A stretch of DNA of 64,000 nucleotides from Candidatus Versatilivorator sp. (GTDB taxonomy: Bacteria > Acidobacteriota > Terriglobia > Versatilivoradales > Versatilivoraceae): positions 480,001 to 544,000 of the forward strand of contig OZ242296.1 of assembly GCA_965207735.1 (NCBI GenBank), written 5' to 3'. Positions within the stretch are counted from its first letter, which is position 1. Each line of letters begins with the position of its first letter. Position numbers and translations under genes: made by a program. Below, in pieces: positions 47,144-58,772 of the stretch. Below the pieces are notes generated by a model. It searched no databases. It was given only the letters and a program-made list of their open reading frames with translations, and was not told the DNA's origin.

Positions 47144-49689
47144 GGCCTCGTTATGAACTCGTCCAGGTTGAGCAGGACGCGGGAAGCAGCCACCCAGGGG
47201 GCCAGCAAGGGCGCTTCGTGGCTCCCCGTGGCTTCGCCGGTGACCTGGTGGGCCTCTGCGGGGCGAGCGCCAAAGTCGTCGCGCATGTGTGTCAGCAGCG
47301 ATTGCAGCCGTGCCTCCTCTTCCGGTTCCGGGGGCCTGGCCAAAGAGCGCTCAAAAGCGTACCGGATACGCTGGGACCGGGTTGGGCCTCCCCGTGCGAC
47401 CGTCACCCGGGCAAAGGCTCGGGAAAACTCTGTCTGGGTCTGGTCGTTGAGAAGAGTCAATGCCTGCAGTGGTGTATTGGAGCGGTTGCGGCGCGTCTCC
47501 GCAGACTGAGCGTTGGGGGCGTCGAACGTGGTCAAGCCTGGATAAGCAGCCGAGCGACGGAAGAAGGTGTACATGCCGCGGCGATAGCGGTCGGGTCCCT
47601 CTTCGGCTTTCCATTTGCGGTTGACTTGGGTGAACTGACCCGACCCTTCGGGCTGCGGCGGGAAAACGCTCGGCCCTCCCAGGGTGGAGACCAGCAGGCC
47701 GGACGCGGCCAGCGATGCATCCCGGATAATCTCGGCCTCCAGGCGCAGCCGGTTCTGCCGGGCCAGAAGCCGGTTTCCCGGGTCGACCTCCGACAGCTCG
47801 GGCCGTGCCGCCGATGTCTGGCGGTAGGTCGCCGAGGTGACGATCAGGCGATGCATCGCCTTCATGCTCCAGTCCCGGCCGACAAATTCCGAGGCCAGCC
47901 AGTCCAGCAACCGCGGATGGCTGGGCGGCGTTCCCTGCGACCCGAAGTCGGCCTCGGTTTCGACCAGCCCCAAACCGAAGTAGCGTTGCCACATGCGGTT
48001 GACCGTAACCCTGGCCGTCAGGGGATGGTCCGGTGACACCAGCCAGCCGGCCAGATCGAGGCGGTTGAGTTTCCGGCCGTCGGGCAGATTCGGAAGAACG
48101 GCGGGAGTGCCCGGGCGAACCGACTCTCCTCTCTGGGTAAAGTCACCGGACAGGTGGATATAGGCGGTGCGCGGTTCCGGCAACTCGCGCATGATCAGGG
48201 CCGCATCCAGTGTGGGTTCGGCCTCTTGAAGGGCTCGCAATCCCTCCCGGCGCGCCTGCCAGGCAGGGTCCTGTGCAAAAAAGAAAAGGTCCAGCACGCG
48301 CCTTTGGTAAATGTTTCGCCGGTCCCGCGCAATCTTGAGGGATTCCCGGATTTGCGGCGCAATCGAAGCCCGCTCCTCCCGGGGAAGTCCTTCTTCCCAG
48401 TTGGCCAGTGTATCTTCCAGCTTGGTCTGGTAGGCTTGCAGCTCCTTTTCCAGGATCGATCTCTGCTGTCGGATCGCTTCCCGTCGTGCGAAGTCTTCGG
48501 GCTTCCCGAACTCGAGCATCGGGTCCAGTTTGCGCTGGTTCTTTTGCTCGAGGGAGACTTCACCCCCCAGTTCGTCGATGTTGTTGAAGAAGGCGTAGAG
48601 TCGGTAGAAATCCTTCTGTGAGATCGGGTCGAACTTGTGATCGTGGCAGCGGGCGCACCCCACCGTCAGTCCCAGGAATGCCTCACCGGTGGTGCTGACC
48701 CGGTCCACCACGGCTTCCACGCGGTATTGCTCGAAGTCGATGCCGCCCTCTTCGTTGATCATGGTGTTGCGGTGAAATCCCGTGGCGACCAGTTGATCCC
48801 TGGTTGGATTGGGAAGGAGGTCACCGGCGAGCTGCTCCGTCACGAAGCGGTCAAAGGGCATGTCCTCGTTGAGCGCGTTGATGACCCAATCGCGGTATTT
48901 CCACATGGGACGGTTACCGTCGCTGGAATAACCGTTGGAGTCGGCATAGCGAGCGATGTCGAGCCAATGGCGTCCCCAACGCTCCCCGTAATGGGGGGAA
49001 TCCAGCAAGCGATTCACCAGGCGCTCGTAGGCGCCGGGCCTGGTATCGGCCAGGAACTCGGCAATTTGCCGGGGAGTTGGAGGCAGGCCGATCAGATCGA
49101 GGCTGACGCGGCGTATGAGCGTCCGCCGGCCGGCCTCGGGGGAAGGTGAAATTCCAGCGTTTTCCAGCCGAGCCAGGACGAAGCGGTCGATGGGGCTGCG
49201 CACCCATTGCCGGTTCTTCACCGGGGGGGGCTCAGCCTGTCTCGGCGGTTGAAAGGCCCAATGGGAAGGCCCGGCGCGCGGGGTATCTTCTGCGGCCTCC
49301 ACGCCCCAGGGAGCGCCGGCCCGGACCCACTGGGTCAACACCGCCACCTCGCGACTCTGCATCGGTCCGGCCGGCGGCATCTTCAGCTCGCCCGTTCGTT
49401 GGACGGCCTGAATCAGCAGGCTTCTTGAGGGTTCCCCGGGGATTACGGCAGAGCCACGCCCGCCACCCAGCAGCGCCGACTCGCGGGACTCCAGGGAGAG
49501 ACCGCTCATTCTGGCCTGGTTGTTGTGACAGCCCAGGCAATGCTTGGCGAGCAGCGGTCGCACATTCTCCTCAAAGAACCGCCGTTCCTCGAGGCTCGAT
49601 TGAGCGACCGCGAACTGGGCTGCCGCCAACCACAGCACCGCCGGTGCGATTCGAAACAGCATCGATCGTGGTGGCTTGTCCAATGTCAT
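47140..49689 (-). CDS. PSD1 and planctomycete cytochrome c domain protein (DUF1549/DUF1553)
   Basis: CLGCH and CARCH heme motifs, HWAF, PIDRF, YGERWGRHWLD, PSHPRLLDWLA, NTPLQALTLLN. Confidence 0.92.
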   Translation of the reverse strand: MTLDKPPRSMLFRIAPAVLWLAAAQFAVAQSSLEERRFFEENVRPLLAKHCLGCHNNQARMSGLSLESRESALLGGGRGSAVIPGEPSRSLLIQAVQRTGELKMPPAGPMQSREVAVLTQWVRAGAPWGVEAAEDTPRAGPSHWAFQPPRQAEPPPVKNRQWVRSPIDRFVLARLENAGISPSPEAGRRTLIRRVSLDLIGLPPTPRQIAEFLADTRPGAYERLVNRLLDSPHYGERWGRHWLDIARYADSNGYSSDGNRPMWKYRDWVINALNEDMPFDRFVTEQLAGDLLPNPTRDQLVATGFHRNTMINEEGGIDFEQYRVEAVVDRVSTTGEAFLGLTVGCARCHDHKFDPISQKDFYRLYAFFNNIDELGGEVSLEQKNQRKLDPMLEFGKPEDFARREAIRQQRSILEKELQAYQTKLEDTLANWEEGLPREERASIAPQIRESLKIARDRRNIYQRRVLDLFFFAQDPAWQARREGLRALQEAEPTLDAALIMRELPEPRTAYIHLSGDFTQRGESVRPGTPAVLPNLPDGRKLNRLDLAGWLVSPDHPLTARVTVNRMWQRYFGLGLVETEADFGSQGTPPSHPRLLDWLASEFVGRDWSMKAMHRLIVTSATYRQTSAARPELSEVDPGNRLLARQNRLRLEAEIIRDASLAASGLLVSTLGGPSVFPPQPEGSGQFTQVNRKWKAEEGPDRYRRGMYTFFRRSAAYPGLTTFDAPNAQSAETRRNRSNTPLQALTLLNDQTQTEFSRAFARVTVARGGPTRSQRIRYAFERSLARPPEPEEEARLQSLLTHMRDDFGARPAEAHQVTGEATGSHEAPLLAPWVAASRVLLNLDEFITRP

Positions 49690-49729
49690 TGAATCTCGCA
49701 GGAGCGCATTATACACCCGACCTGCATGG

Positions 49730-50455
49730 TCAAGCCGCCGGCTTCCCGTTCTTGACTCCCCAGTGCAGCGCGGCAATCCCGCCGCTGAGATTGCGGAAGG
49801 AGACCTCGGCAAAGCCCGCCTCCGTCAGCAGGCGGCAAAGTTGGGCTTGATCGGGAAACTCCTGCACCGAGTCGTGCAGATATCGGTATGCGGTACCGTG
49901 GCCGGAGACCCCCTTGCCAATCCTGGGCAGAATCCTCAGGAAGTAAAACTGGAAGAGGCATTTGAAAACCGGATGGGAGGGTTGTGAGAATTCCAGAACC
50001 ACGACCCGTCCTTTAGGCTTCAGCACTCGCCACATCTCTCCCAGTCCGTCAGCCCAGTTTTCCAGGTTGCGCAGTCCGAACGCCACCGCCAGCCCGTCAA
50101 AGGTGTCGGCTGGGAAGGGCAGCCGCAGGGCATCGGCTTCCAACAGTTGGACGCGGCGCTGCAGGCGTCTGCTGGCGAGCTTCTGCCGGCCCAGCTTCAG
50201 CATGGGATGGCTGAAGTCCGAACCCACGATGCGGGCGCATCCCCGTTTCACCATTTCCAGAAGCAGGTCCCCAGTGCCGCAACAGAGATCCAGGCACAGG
50301 GCCCGGCGATCCTCCAGCGGGTCGGCCAGCAGGGAGGCGGCCTGGCGACGCCAGCGGCGGTCCACGTTGAGAGACAGCAGGTGGTTCAGCAGATCGTAGC
50401 GGGGGGCGATCAAGGAGAACATCTCGCGGATCTGACTGGCCTGTGGACTCAACAT
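49730..50455 (-). CDS. menG: Demethylmenaquinone methyltransferase UbiE/MenG
   Basis: MFSLIAPRYDLLNHLLS, LDLCCGTGD, AFGLRN, AYRYL..SV..FP. Confidence 0.92.
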   Translation of the reverse strand: MLSPQASQIREMFSLIAPRYDLLNHLLSLNVDRRWRRQAASLLADPLEDRRALCLDLCCGTGDLLLEMVKRGCARIVGSDFSHPMLKLGRQKLASRRLQRRVQLLEADALRLPFPADTFDGLAVAFGLRNLENWADGLGEMWRVLKPKGRVVVLEFSQPSHPVFKCLFQFYFLRILPRIGKGVSGHGTAYRYLHDSVQEFPDQAQLCRLLTEAGFAEVSFRNLSGGIAALHWGVKNGKPAA

Positions 50456-51552
50456 GGGCGGCGGGACTGACGCAGGTACTCACGCACGACGGCTTCCACG
50501 ACTCCGGGTGGAGTGTCCTCCACGATCTCGACTTCGCCGATGCGGCGAGGGAGCACGAATCGAAGACGGTGGTCGGTAAATTTCTTGTCGGAGCGCATAT
50601 GGTGGAGGATCGACTTCCAGGTGAGGTTTCCCGGCGGGGGGAGTGGAGAGAGCCGCCTCAGGTCCGATTGGATGGTTTCGGCCTCGGCTCGATCGATTTT
50701 TTCCAGTTGCAGCGCGATGCGGGTGGCCAGGATCATTCCGTGGCCGATGGCCTGCCCGTGGGTGAACTGCCTGTACCGGGTGGCCGCCTCGATGGCATGG
50801 CCGAGCGTGTGGCCGAAATTCAGCACCATGCGGGCCTGGCTCTCCCGTTCGTCCCCGGAGACGACCGCGGCCTTGATTTCCACGCAGCGCACAATCATTC
50901 TCGCAAGACCGGATTTGTCGCCACCCGGATAGCTGCGGTGCTGCCGGACCACCTGGTCGTAGAGATCGCGGTCTGCAATGACGCCGTACTTGATGGCTTC
51001 GAAGAGCCCCGAGTCCAGCTCCCGGCGGGGCAGAGTGAGAAGCAGTTCCGGATCGATGAAGACGGCCCCGGGTTGATAAAAGGCGCCCACGAGGTTTTTC
51101 CCCTTGCTGAGGTTGACTCCGGTCTTGCCTCCGATGGCGCTGTCGATCTGGGCCACCAGCGTGGTGGGGACCTGAACGTAGGGCAATCCACGCAGATAAC
51201 TGGCCGCAGCGAATCCTGCCACGTCGCCGACTACGCCTCCCCCGAGTGCAAGCACGGGGGTGCGGCGGTTGACACCCAGCCCAGCCAGCCCCTTGTAGAT
51301 CGATTCCAGGGTGGATAGGGTCTTGTAGCGCTCCCCATCCGGAATCTCCAGGGTCTCGTGCGACAACCCCGCATCGCTCAACGACTGCTGCAGCGCCTCT
51401 CCATGCAAGTCCAGGATTTGCCGGCTTGAAATTACCACCAGCCTGGGTGAGGATCGCCACGGATGGAGAAGGCTTCCAACCTGGGTCAGCAGGCCGTTTT
51501 CGATGTAGATCCGATACCCTCTATCGGACAGATTCAGGGGCACGATCTTCAT
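50449..51552 (-). CDS. aroB: 3-dehydroquinate synthase
   Basis: GGGVVGDVAGF, PTTLVAQIDSAIGGKTG, KNLVGAFYQP, LNFGHTLGHAIE. Confidence 0.96.
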   Translation of the reverse strand: MKIVPLNLSDRGYRIYIENGLLTQVGSLLHPWRSSPRLVVISSRQILDLHGEALQQSLSDAGLSHETLEIPDGERYKTLSTLESIYKGLAGLGVNRRTPVLALGGGVVGDVAGFAAASYLRGLPYVQVPTTLVAQIDSAIGGKTGVNLSKGKNLVGAFYQPGAVFIDPELLLTLPRRELDSGLFEAIKYGVIADRDLYDQVVRQHRSYPGGDKSGLARMIVRCVEIKAAVVSGDERESQARMVLNFGHTLGHAIEAATRYRQFTHGQAIGHGMILATRIALQLEKIDRAEAETIQSDLRRLSPLPPPGNLTWKSILHHMRSDKKFTDHRLRFVLPRRIGEVEIVEDTPPGVVEAVVREYLRQSRRPC

Positions 51553-51663
51553 GATGATTTTCCTGCCGACCTCCTCGCGGGCGGGGACGGAGACCGTCCT
51601 CCGGGAGGGCGCATTGTGACCGGAGCCACCGCCCACCGCTGCTCGGTCAGGGCGCCCACAGGT

Positions 51664-52056
51664 TCAATAAGAAGACCTCCCGGTGGCCTCCCACTTGAGA
51701 TATCGCCTGAGATCGTCGCGGATCGAGTTGACAACCAGAGCCAGTATGCCGGCGTCATCCAGGAACCCTATGCCCGGGATCACGTCGGGGGAGATATCGA
51801 GCGGATTCAGAAAGTAGAGGATCCCGGCCAGCGCCAGGACAAGCGATTTCCAGGGGAGGGGCCGGTACTCCCCTCTGGACCAGGCCGCAACCAGCCGGCA
51901 CAGCGCCAGCAGGTCGACCCAGACTCCGAGCAGCCAGCGTCTGTTTCGATAGGCCTTGGTGAGGGCGCGCTGCACCACCCGCCCCACCCGGTTCCGATCG
52001 GAGGCGACCTTCCGGGCTTCTCCAGCAACCGATTCGAAGCGGGCCGAGTCACGCAT
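51664..52056 (-). CDS. YkvA/DUF1232 family protein
   Basis: YFLNPLDISPDVIPGIGFLDD. Confidence 0.85.
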   Translation of the reverse strand: MRDSARFESVAGEARKVASDRNRVGRVVQRALTKAYRNRRWLLGVWVDLLALCRLVAAWSRGEYRPLPWKSLVLALAGILYFLNPLDISPDVIPGIGFLDDAGILALVVNSIRDDLRRYLKWEATGRSSY

Positions 52057-52159
52057 CGCCTCTCCATTCCCAAGGCGGACCCGTCGAGGTCCTGTGCTAC
52101 AATCGCCGACGAACTCCCTGAGTCCTCATGCCTGCTCCAGGATTCTACCACCGGGCGTC

Positions 52160-52846
52160 GTGGCTTTCCTAAACCGTAGCCGAAAACCGCTGACCGAATC
52201 GTACTACCGCCGCCTCCGGGAGCGCATGGTGGAGGAACAGATCCTGGAGCGGGGAATCACCTGTCCCGGCGTTCTGCAGGTCATGCGGGAGGTCCCTCGC
52301 CACTGTTTCGTGCCGCCTGCTCACCGCAACCAGGCTTATGAAGATCGGCCCCTCCCCATCGGAAACGACCAGACGATCTCCCAACCCTATATCGTGGCGC
52401 TGATGACCGATCTGGCGCAGGTGGATCGTGAGGCGGTGGTTCTGGAGGTCGGAGCCGGATCGGGTTACCAGGTCGCCGTGCTGGCGCGGCTGGCCAGGCA
52501 GGTGTTTGCCCTGGAACACCTTGCCCCTCTGGCGACCAGCGCCGGAAGGCGACTGAAGGAGTTGAGCTTTCACAACGCGCAAGTCGGGTTTGGCGACGGC
52601 TATCTGGGATGGCCTGAGCACCAGCCCTACGATGCGATCCTGGCTTCGGCAGCGATCGATCATGTCCCAAAGGCGCTGTTGAATCAGTTGAAACCCGAGG
52701 GAAGGATCGTCCTCCCACTGGGTGGAACCCACGACTCCCAGGTACTGGTGGTGGTTCATAAGGGTCCGGAAGGGGAGGGAATCGAGCGGGAAGTCATTCC
52801 GGTTCGTTTCGTTCCCTTCGTCACGCCGGCCAACACGGGGGAATAG
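52160..52846 (+). CDS. pcm: Protein-L-isoaspartate O-methyltransferase (start uncertain)
   Basis: VPRH.FV, AYED.PLPIG..QTISQPYIVA, LEVGAGSGYQ, GDGYLGWPE, VRFVP. Confidence 0.94.
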   Translation: MAFLNRSRKPLTESYYRRLRERMVEEQILERGITCPGVLQVMREVPRHCFVPPAHRNQAYEDRPLPIGNDQTISQPYIVALMTDLAQVDREAVVLEVGAGSGYQVAVLARLARQVFALEHLAPLATSAGRRLKELSFHNAQVGFGDGYLGWPEHQPYDAILASAAIDHVPKALLNQLKPEGRIVLPLGGTHDSQVLVVVHKGPEGEGIEREVIPVRFVPFVTPANTGE

Positions 52847-52956
52847 AAGCCGGTGACCGGCATCGGCAAGACAGCTTCCCGGCGGGGGCTTTCCCGGATC
52901 GGGTGATTCTCTGTTCCTGAGCGTCGCCCAGGGTGGAAGCGAGCCGGATAAGGGGG

Positions 52957-53715
52957 ATGCCCGTGAGGCGGAAATCGACATCGACCGGGATGGGGATGAT
53001 ACTGTTTCTGGGACTGCTGGTGCTGAGTCTTGGCGGGCTGGGGGTGTGGGCGGAAGCACCGGAAGATGAGGATAAAACGATCGAGAAACTGCGGTATCTG
53101 GCCGCGCAGGGGGATACCGATGCTCAAATGGAGCTGGCCGACAGATACGATCTGGGGGACGGCGTTCCGCGGGACGAGATTGAGGCTGCCAAATGGATTC
53201 GCCGCGCCGCCGAGAAAGGAGACGTCTCCGCCCAGATGAAGCTCGGTGCCCTCTACGACCTGGGTCGCGGCGTGTTGAGGGACCTGGAGGAAGCCGGCAA
53301 ATGGGTTCGACGGGCTGCGGAGCAGGGGAGTCCTGCCGGTCAACTGGCACTGGCCATCATGTACACGGAGGGCAGGGGTGTGCGCCGTGATCGGAAGGAA
53401 GCCGTCAAATGGTATGGATACGCGGCCGAGCAGGGTGAGGCCAGCGCCCAGCACACCCTTGGCCTACTCTACCTGGACGGCAAAGGCGTGCCCCGGGACA
53501 GAGTGGAGGCCTACAAGTGGTTGAGCCTGGCGGCAGCCGGTTGGGAGCCGTTCGGAAGGGAACGGGATCAGTTGGCCGGGAGGATGAAGCCGTCCGCGCT
53601 CGTGGAGGCCCAACGGCGGGCACTCGAGTGGAAGCCCAAGAGCTGGGAGGAGTTGAAGGAGAAGGAGAAGGAGAAGGAGAAAAAGAAGGAGATGGAGAAA
53701 AAACCGCGACCTTGA
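52957..53715 (+). CDS. Secreted Sel1-repeat protein
   Basis: N-terminal hydrophobic segment; four AAEQG..AQ..LG..Y..G.GV..D repeats; charged EK tail. Confidence 0.9.
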   Translation: MPVRRKSTSTGMGMILFLGLLVLSLGGLGVWAEAPEDEDKTIEKLRYLAAQGDTDAQMELADRYDLGDGVPRDEIEAAKWIRRAAEKGDVSAQMKLGALYDLGRGVLRDLEEAGKWVRRAAEQGSPAGQLALAIMYTEGRGVRRDRKEAVKWYGYAAEQGEASAQHTLGLLYLDGKGVPRDRVEAYKWLSLAAAGWEPFGRERDQLAGRMKPSALVEAQRRALEWKPKSWEELKEKEKEKEKKKEMEKKPRP

Positions 53716-53735
53716 AGCTAACTGCGAAATTCGGT

Positions 53736-54428
53736 ATGGCTGCTTCCGCTTGTCGCCTGGCCACGACCCAGGCCGCAACAACATTCCAGTCCAGAAAGTG
53801 GACACTCCCGGCCGTCGTCCTTTTGGTGATGACATTGGCCCGATGCAGCGGTTCGCCACCTATCCAAGATAACTTGGGGAGAGCGGAAGCATCGCTGGAA
53901 AACCTGCTCGACAGGGCTGAGCAGGGGAATGCTGAAGCTCAGGTCACACTTGGCCTGAGGTACAAACATGGGATGGGAGTATCGCAGGATTCCGGAGAAG
54001 CATTGAATTGGTTCCTGCGTGCCTCCCTGCAAGGCAATGCCTTTGCTCAGGCCCGTCTTGGCGCCATGTACCGCGACGGGCTGGGCGTGGAGCAGAATCA
54101 CCCGAAAGCCGTCAAGTGGTTTCGCAAGAGCGCCGACCAGGGAAACAGCACCGCCCAGATTGCCTTGGGTATCATGTATTGGAAGGGCATGGGGGTTCCA
54201 CAGGACGATCAGGAGGCAATCAAGTGGCTCAAATCGCCTACGGCAGGCAGTTCCGATCTTCCGCCGGGACTCTTCGACTATTGGGATGTCCCTCCGATTG
54301 CGCCATCCCCGATTACGCCAATTCAGGTTGGCGCGGTCCAGCGGCGGGAACGCGAGTGGAAGCCCGAAAGTTGGGAGGAGTTGAAGGAGAACCTCTACGG
54401 CGACATAGCCGGAGGGGAGAGGCCTTGA
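53736..54428 (+). CDS. Sel1-repeat protein, possible lipoprotein
   Basis: VVLLVMTLARC lipobox-like segment; three Sel1 repeats (AEQGNAEAQVTLGLRYKHGMGV etc.). Confidence 0.85.
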   Translation: MAASACRLATTQAATTFQSRKWTLPAVVLLVMTLARCSGSPPIQDNLGRAEASLENLLDRAEQGNAEAQVTLGLRYKHGMGVSQDSGEALNWFLRASLQGNAFAQARLGAMYRDGLGVEQNHPKAVKWFRKSADQGNSTAQIALGIMYWKGMGVPQDDQEAIKWLKSPTAGSSDLPPGLFDYWDVPPIAPSPITPIQVGAVQRREREWKPESWEELKENLYGDIAGGERP

Positions 54429-54577
54429 CCGTGGACCTCGGCGGCGGGGCCACCGCCACCGAATTCGCCGAGGCGGTGGTGCAGCATAGGGTCAATTGAG
54501 GGAATCCGCCCGGGGACGGCCAAGGGGAAGGGGGGGCGTTGCGCTTGGAAAATCGGGAAGACCCGTTCGGGTTCGGG

Positions 54578-54772
54578 TCAAGACTTGTCGCTTCCTTCTT
54601 TGGACTTCTCCACCGCACCGGACTGGTTGTCACCCCCGCTGATGCCCTTCTTGAAGGAAACGATACCCTCCGCCAGAGATTTGCCCAGGGACGGAAGTTT
54701 CTTGGGGCCGAACACCAGCAGCGCAATGACCACGATGATCACCATCTCGGTGATTCCGATGGGGCCTAACAT
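54578..54772 (-). CDS. tatA: Twin-arginine translocase TatA/TatE
   Basis: IGITEMVIIVVIALLVFGPKKLP.LGKSL.EGI..FKK; GAGGAGG SD. Confidence 0.93.
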   Translation of the reverse strand: MLGPIGITEMVIIVVIALLVFGPKKLPSLGKSLAEGIVSFKKGISGGDNQSGAVEKSKEGSDKS

Positions 54773-54961
54773 GATTCGCCTCCTCGCCGGAAAGGGAAAT
54801 TGACCATCCCGCCTCAAACCGTTTGATGTTTCCGCCCGGAATCGGGCCGTAGCGCGGCGGGCCGGTCCCCGTGGGGCGGGTCTGGACCGGCGCAGACCGT
54901 GTCCCGAATTGCTCTACAGAGCGCACTTCCCGCGGAAGTGCATATCCCCGTCACTCCCTGC

Positions 54962-55795
54962 CTACTCCAGATTGACCCGCACTCCGAAGCCTTCCAACTC
55001 CTTGGTCTGGCGGCGGGTGGCCTCGGTGCTAAGCGGGTTGCCGGCCAGATAGAGCCGCAGGTAGGGAGCAAATCGCTTCTCGCCCCCAAAATCCTTCTTG
55101 CTCATGGCCACTAGCTGGCCGAGGTCGCTGATTCGGTTCTTGTTGAGAATCAGGTAGCGCAACTCGGTCAGCGGCTCCAGTGGGGACAGGTCTTTGACCT
55201 GGTTGTCCGTCAGGTCCAGGGAGGAGAGGAAGCGCAGCCGGCCGAGCGGTTTGAGGTCCGAAACTTGATTTCCGGCGAGGTAGAGCGACCAGAGCTTGTG
55301 CAGGTCCGCCACGGCGCTGATGTCACTGATTCGATTGTGGGAGAGGTAAAGGGAGTTGAGGGCGGTCAGGCCCTTGATGGCAGTCAGGTCCGAAACCCGA
55401 TTGTTTTCCAGTTGCAGGTATTGCAGCTTGACCAGTCCCGCCAGGGGTTGGAGATCTTCAAGCTGGTTGCCCGAAAGGTCAATGGTTTGAATGCCTTTCA
55501 AGTCCTTCAACGGGCTGAGGTCGCTGATCTGATTGTTGGCCAGGTCCAGGGCGGCCAGGTTCAGACATTTCTCCAGCCCCTTCAGATCCCGGATGCCGGC
55601 CCCGCGGACCTTCAGGGTGGACAGGCGTTCCAGATCCTCCTGGGTAAGGGCCTCGGAAGCGAACACCGCCTTCTTGACGGCGGATTCCAGCGTCTTGTCG
55701 ACAAAGGGAGAGCCGGCGTCCTCAGCTGCCAGGTTTCCGGCACTGGTAAACAGCAGCAATGCGGTGGCAAGTGCCGGTTGAATCGATCTCTTCAT
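54962..55795 (-). CDS. Secreted internalin-like leucine-rich-repeat protein
   Basis: Signal peptide, F.D..LE.AV cap, about eight 22-aa repeats LxxLxLxxNxIxDLxPL. Confidence 0.9.
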   Translation of the reverse strand: MKRSIQPALATALLLFTSAGNLAAEDAGSPFVDKTLESAVKKAVFASEALTQEDLERLSTLKVRGAGIRDLKGLEKCLNLAALDLANNQISDLSPLKDLKGIQTIDLSGNQLEDLQPLAGLVKLQYLQLENNRVSDLTAIKGLTALNSLYLSHNRISDISAVADLHKLWSLYLAGNQVSDLKPLGRLRFLSSLDLTDNQVKDLSPLEPLTELRYLILNKNRISDLGQLVAMSKKDFGGEKRFAPYLRLYLAGNPLSTEATRRQTKELEGFGVRVNLE

Positions 55796-55907
55796 GCAAT
55801 CCTCCAGAGCGTCCACCTCCGATGCCGGTGGGACCGGAATGCAAGTCTAATCCCAATCCACCCTCCCCGCAAGTCTTCCGGCGCCGGCCCAATGGCAAGC
55901 GGCGCTG

Positions 55908-57716
<1,809 letters not shown>

Positions 57717-57818
57717 CGGGAGGGGCAGTGAACAGGCTGCCAAGTTAGCCTAGGGAGCCCGCGCTTGTCAAATGCTTTGCGGGTTTGTGCCGCATGAAGA
57801 CATACGAGACGGTTTTTC

Positions 57819-57847
57819 TTGACAACCGCATGGGTATCGAATAGCTT
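57819..57847 (+). promoter_or_regulatory. Sigma70 promoter of the rplM operon
   Basis: TTGACA-N17-TAGCTT; a back-to-back TTGACA-N18-TAACTT on the minus strand (57771-57742) could drive lepA. Confidence 0.6.
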
Positions 57848-57889
57848 CGTGGGTTTGTGCGCGGGTGCGTCTCGAACTTGGAATGTTCC

Positions 57890-58324
57890 ATGGTGACCTA
57901 TCAACCCAAAGCAGCCGAACTCCTGAGGAAATGGTACCTGGTGGACGCTCAAGACGTGGTTCTGGGTCGTTTGGCGACCCATGTGGCGACCCTGCTCACC
58001 GGAAAGGGAAAACCAACCTGGGCCCCCCATCTGGACACCGGCGACCATGTGATTGTCGTCAATGCCGAGAAGGTCAGGCTGACCGGCAATAAATGGGAGC
58101 AGAAGTTCTATTACCGCCATACGGGCTATCCGGGAGGGATCAAGGCGGTGAAGGCCAAGGACCTCCGGGCCAAGCGGCCGGACCGGATGGTGGAAGGGGC
58201 GGTCAAGGGCATGCTGCCCAAATCCAAGTTGGGCCGGGCCATGGCCAAGAAGTTGAAGGTGTACCGGGGAGAGTTTCATCCGCACCAATCCCAGAGTCCG
58301 GAACCTTTGCAGGTGCCTCGTTAG
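57890..58324 (+). CDS. rplM: 50S ribosomal protein L13
   Basis: [35 protein letters not shown]. Confidence 0.98.
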   Translation: MVTYQPKAAELLRKWYLVDAQDVVLGRLATHVATLLTGKGKPTWAPHLDTGDHVIVVNAEKVRLTGNKWEQKFYYRHTGYPGGIKAVKAKDLRAKRPDRMVEGAVKGMLPKSKLGRAMAKKLKVYRGEFHPHQSQSPEPLQVPR

Positions 58325-58352
58325 GTGTGCGGACGGCTAAAGGAGCGAATGC

Positions 58353-58748
58353 ATGGCGGCAGTAGTTCAATTTTATGGAACGGGACGACGCAAATCCTCA
58401 ACGGCGCGGGTTTATTTGAGGCCGGGTCAAGGTGAATTTCTTGTCAATCGCCGTTCCCTGGAAGCCTACTTCAAGAGCCTGACTCTGAGGATGTTGGTGA
58501 AGCAGCCCTTCCAGGTCACCGAGACCCTGGACAAGTTCGACACGATCGTCAACGTGAACGGGGGAGGGTCTTCCGGGCAGGCCGGAGCCGTCCGGCACGG
58601 CATCTCCCGCGCCTTGCTCAAATACGATGGCGAACTGCGGAAGACACTCAAGAAAGGCGGCTTTCTGACCCGGGATCCCCGGATCAAGGAGCGAAAGAAG
58701 TACGGGCAGCCTGGAGCCCGCAAGCGTTTCCAATTCTCCAAGCGATAA
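58353..58748 (+). CDS. rpsI: 30S ribosomal protein S9
   Basis: [34 protein letters not shown]. Confidence 0.98.
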   Translation: MAAVVQFYGTGRRKSSTARVYLRPGQGEFLVNRRSLEAYFKSLTLRMLVKQPFQVTETLDKFDTIVNVNGGGSSGQAGAVRHGISRALLKYDGELRKTLKKGGFLTRDPRIKERKKYGQPGARKRFQFSKR

Positions 58749-58772
58749 ACCTAGAATGCTCAGGAGGTCTGT

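Noticed and set aside
53655-53700. (GAGAAG)n tract as a phase-variation switch
   Set aside because: The unit is 6 bp, in frame and at the extreme C-terminus, so length changes would not switch expression.
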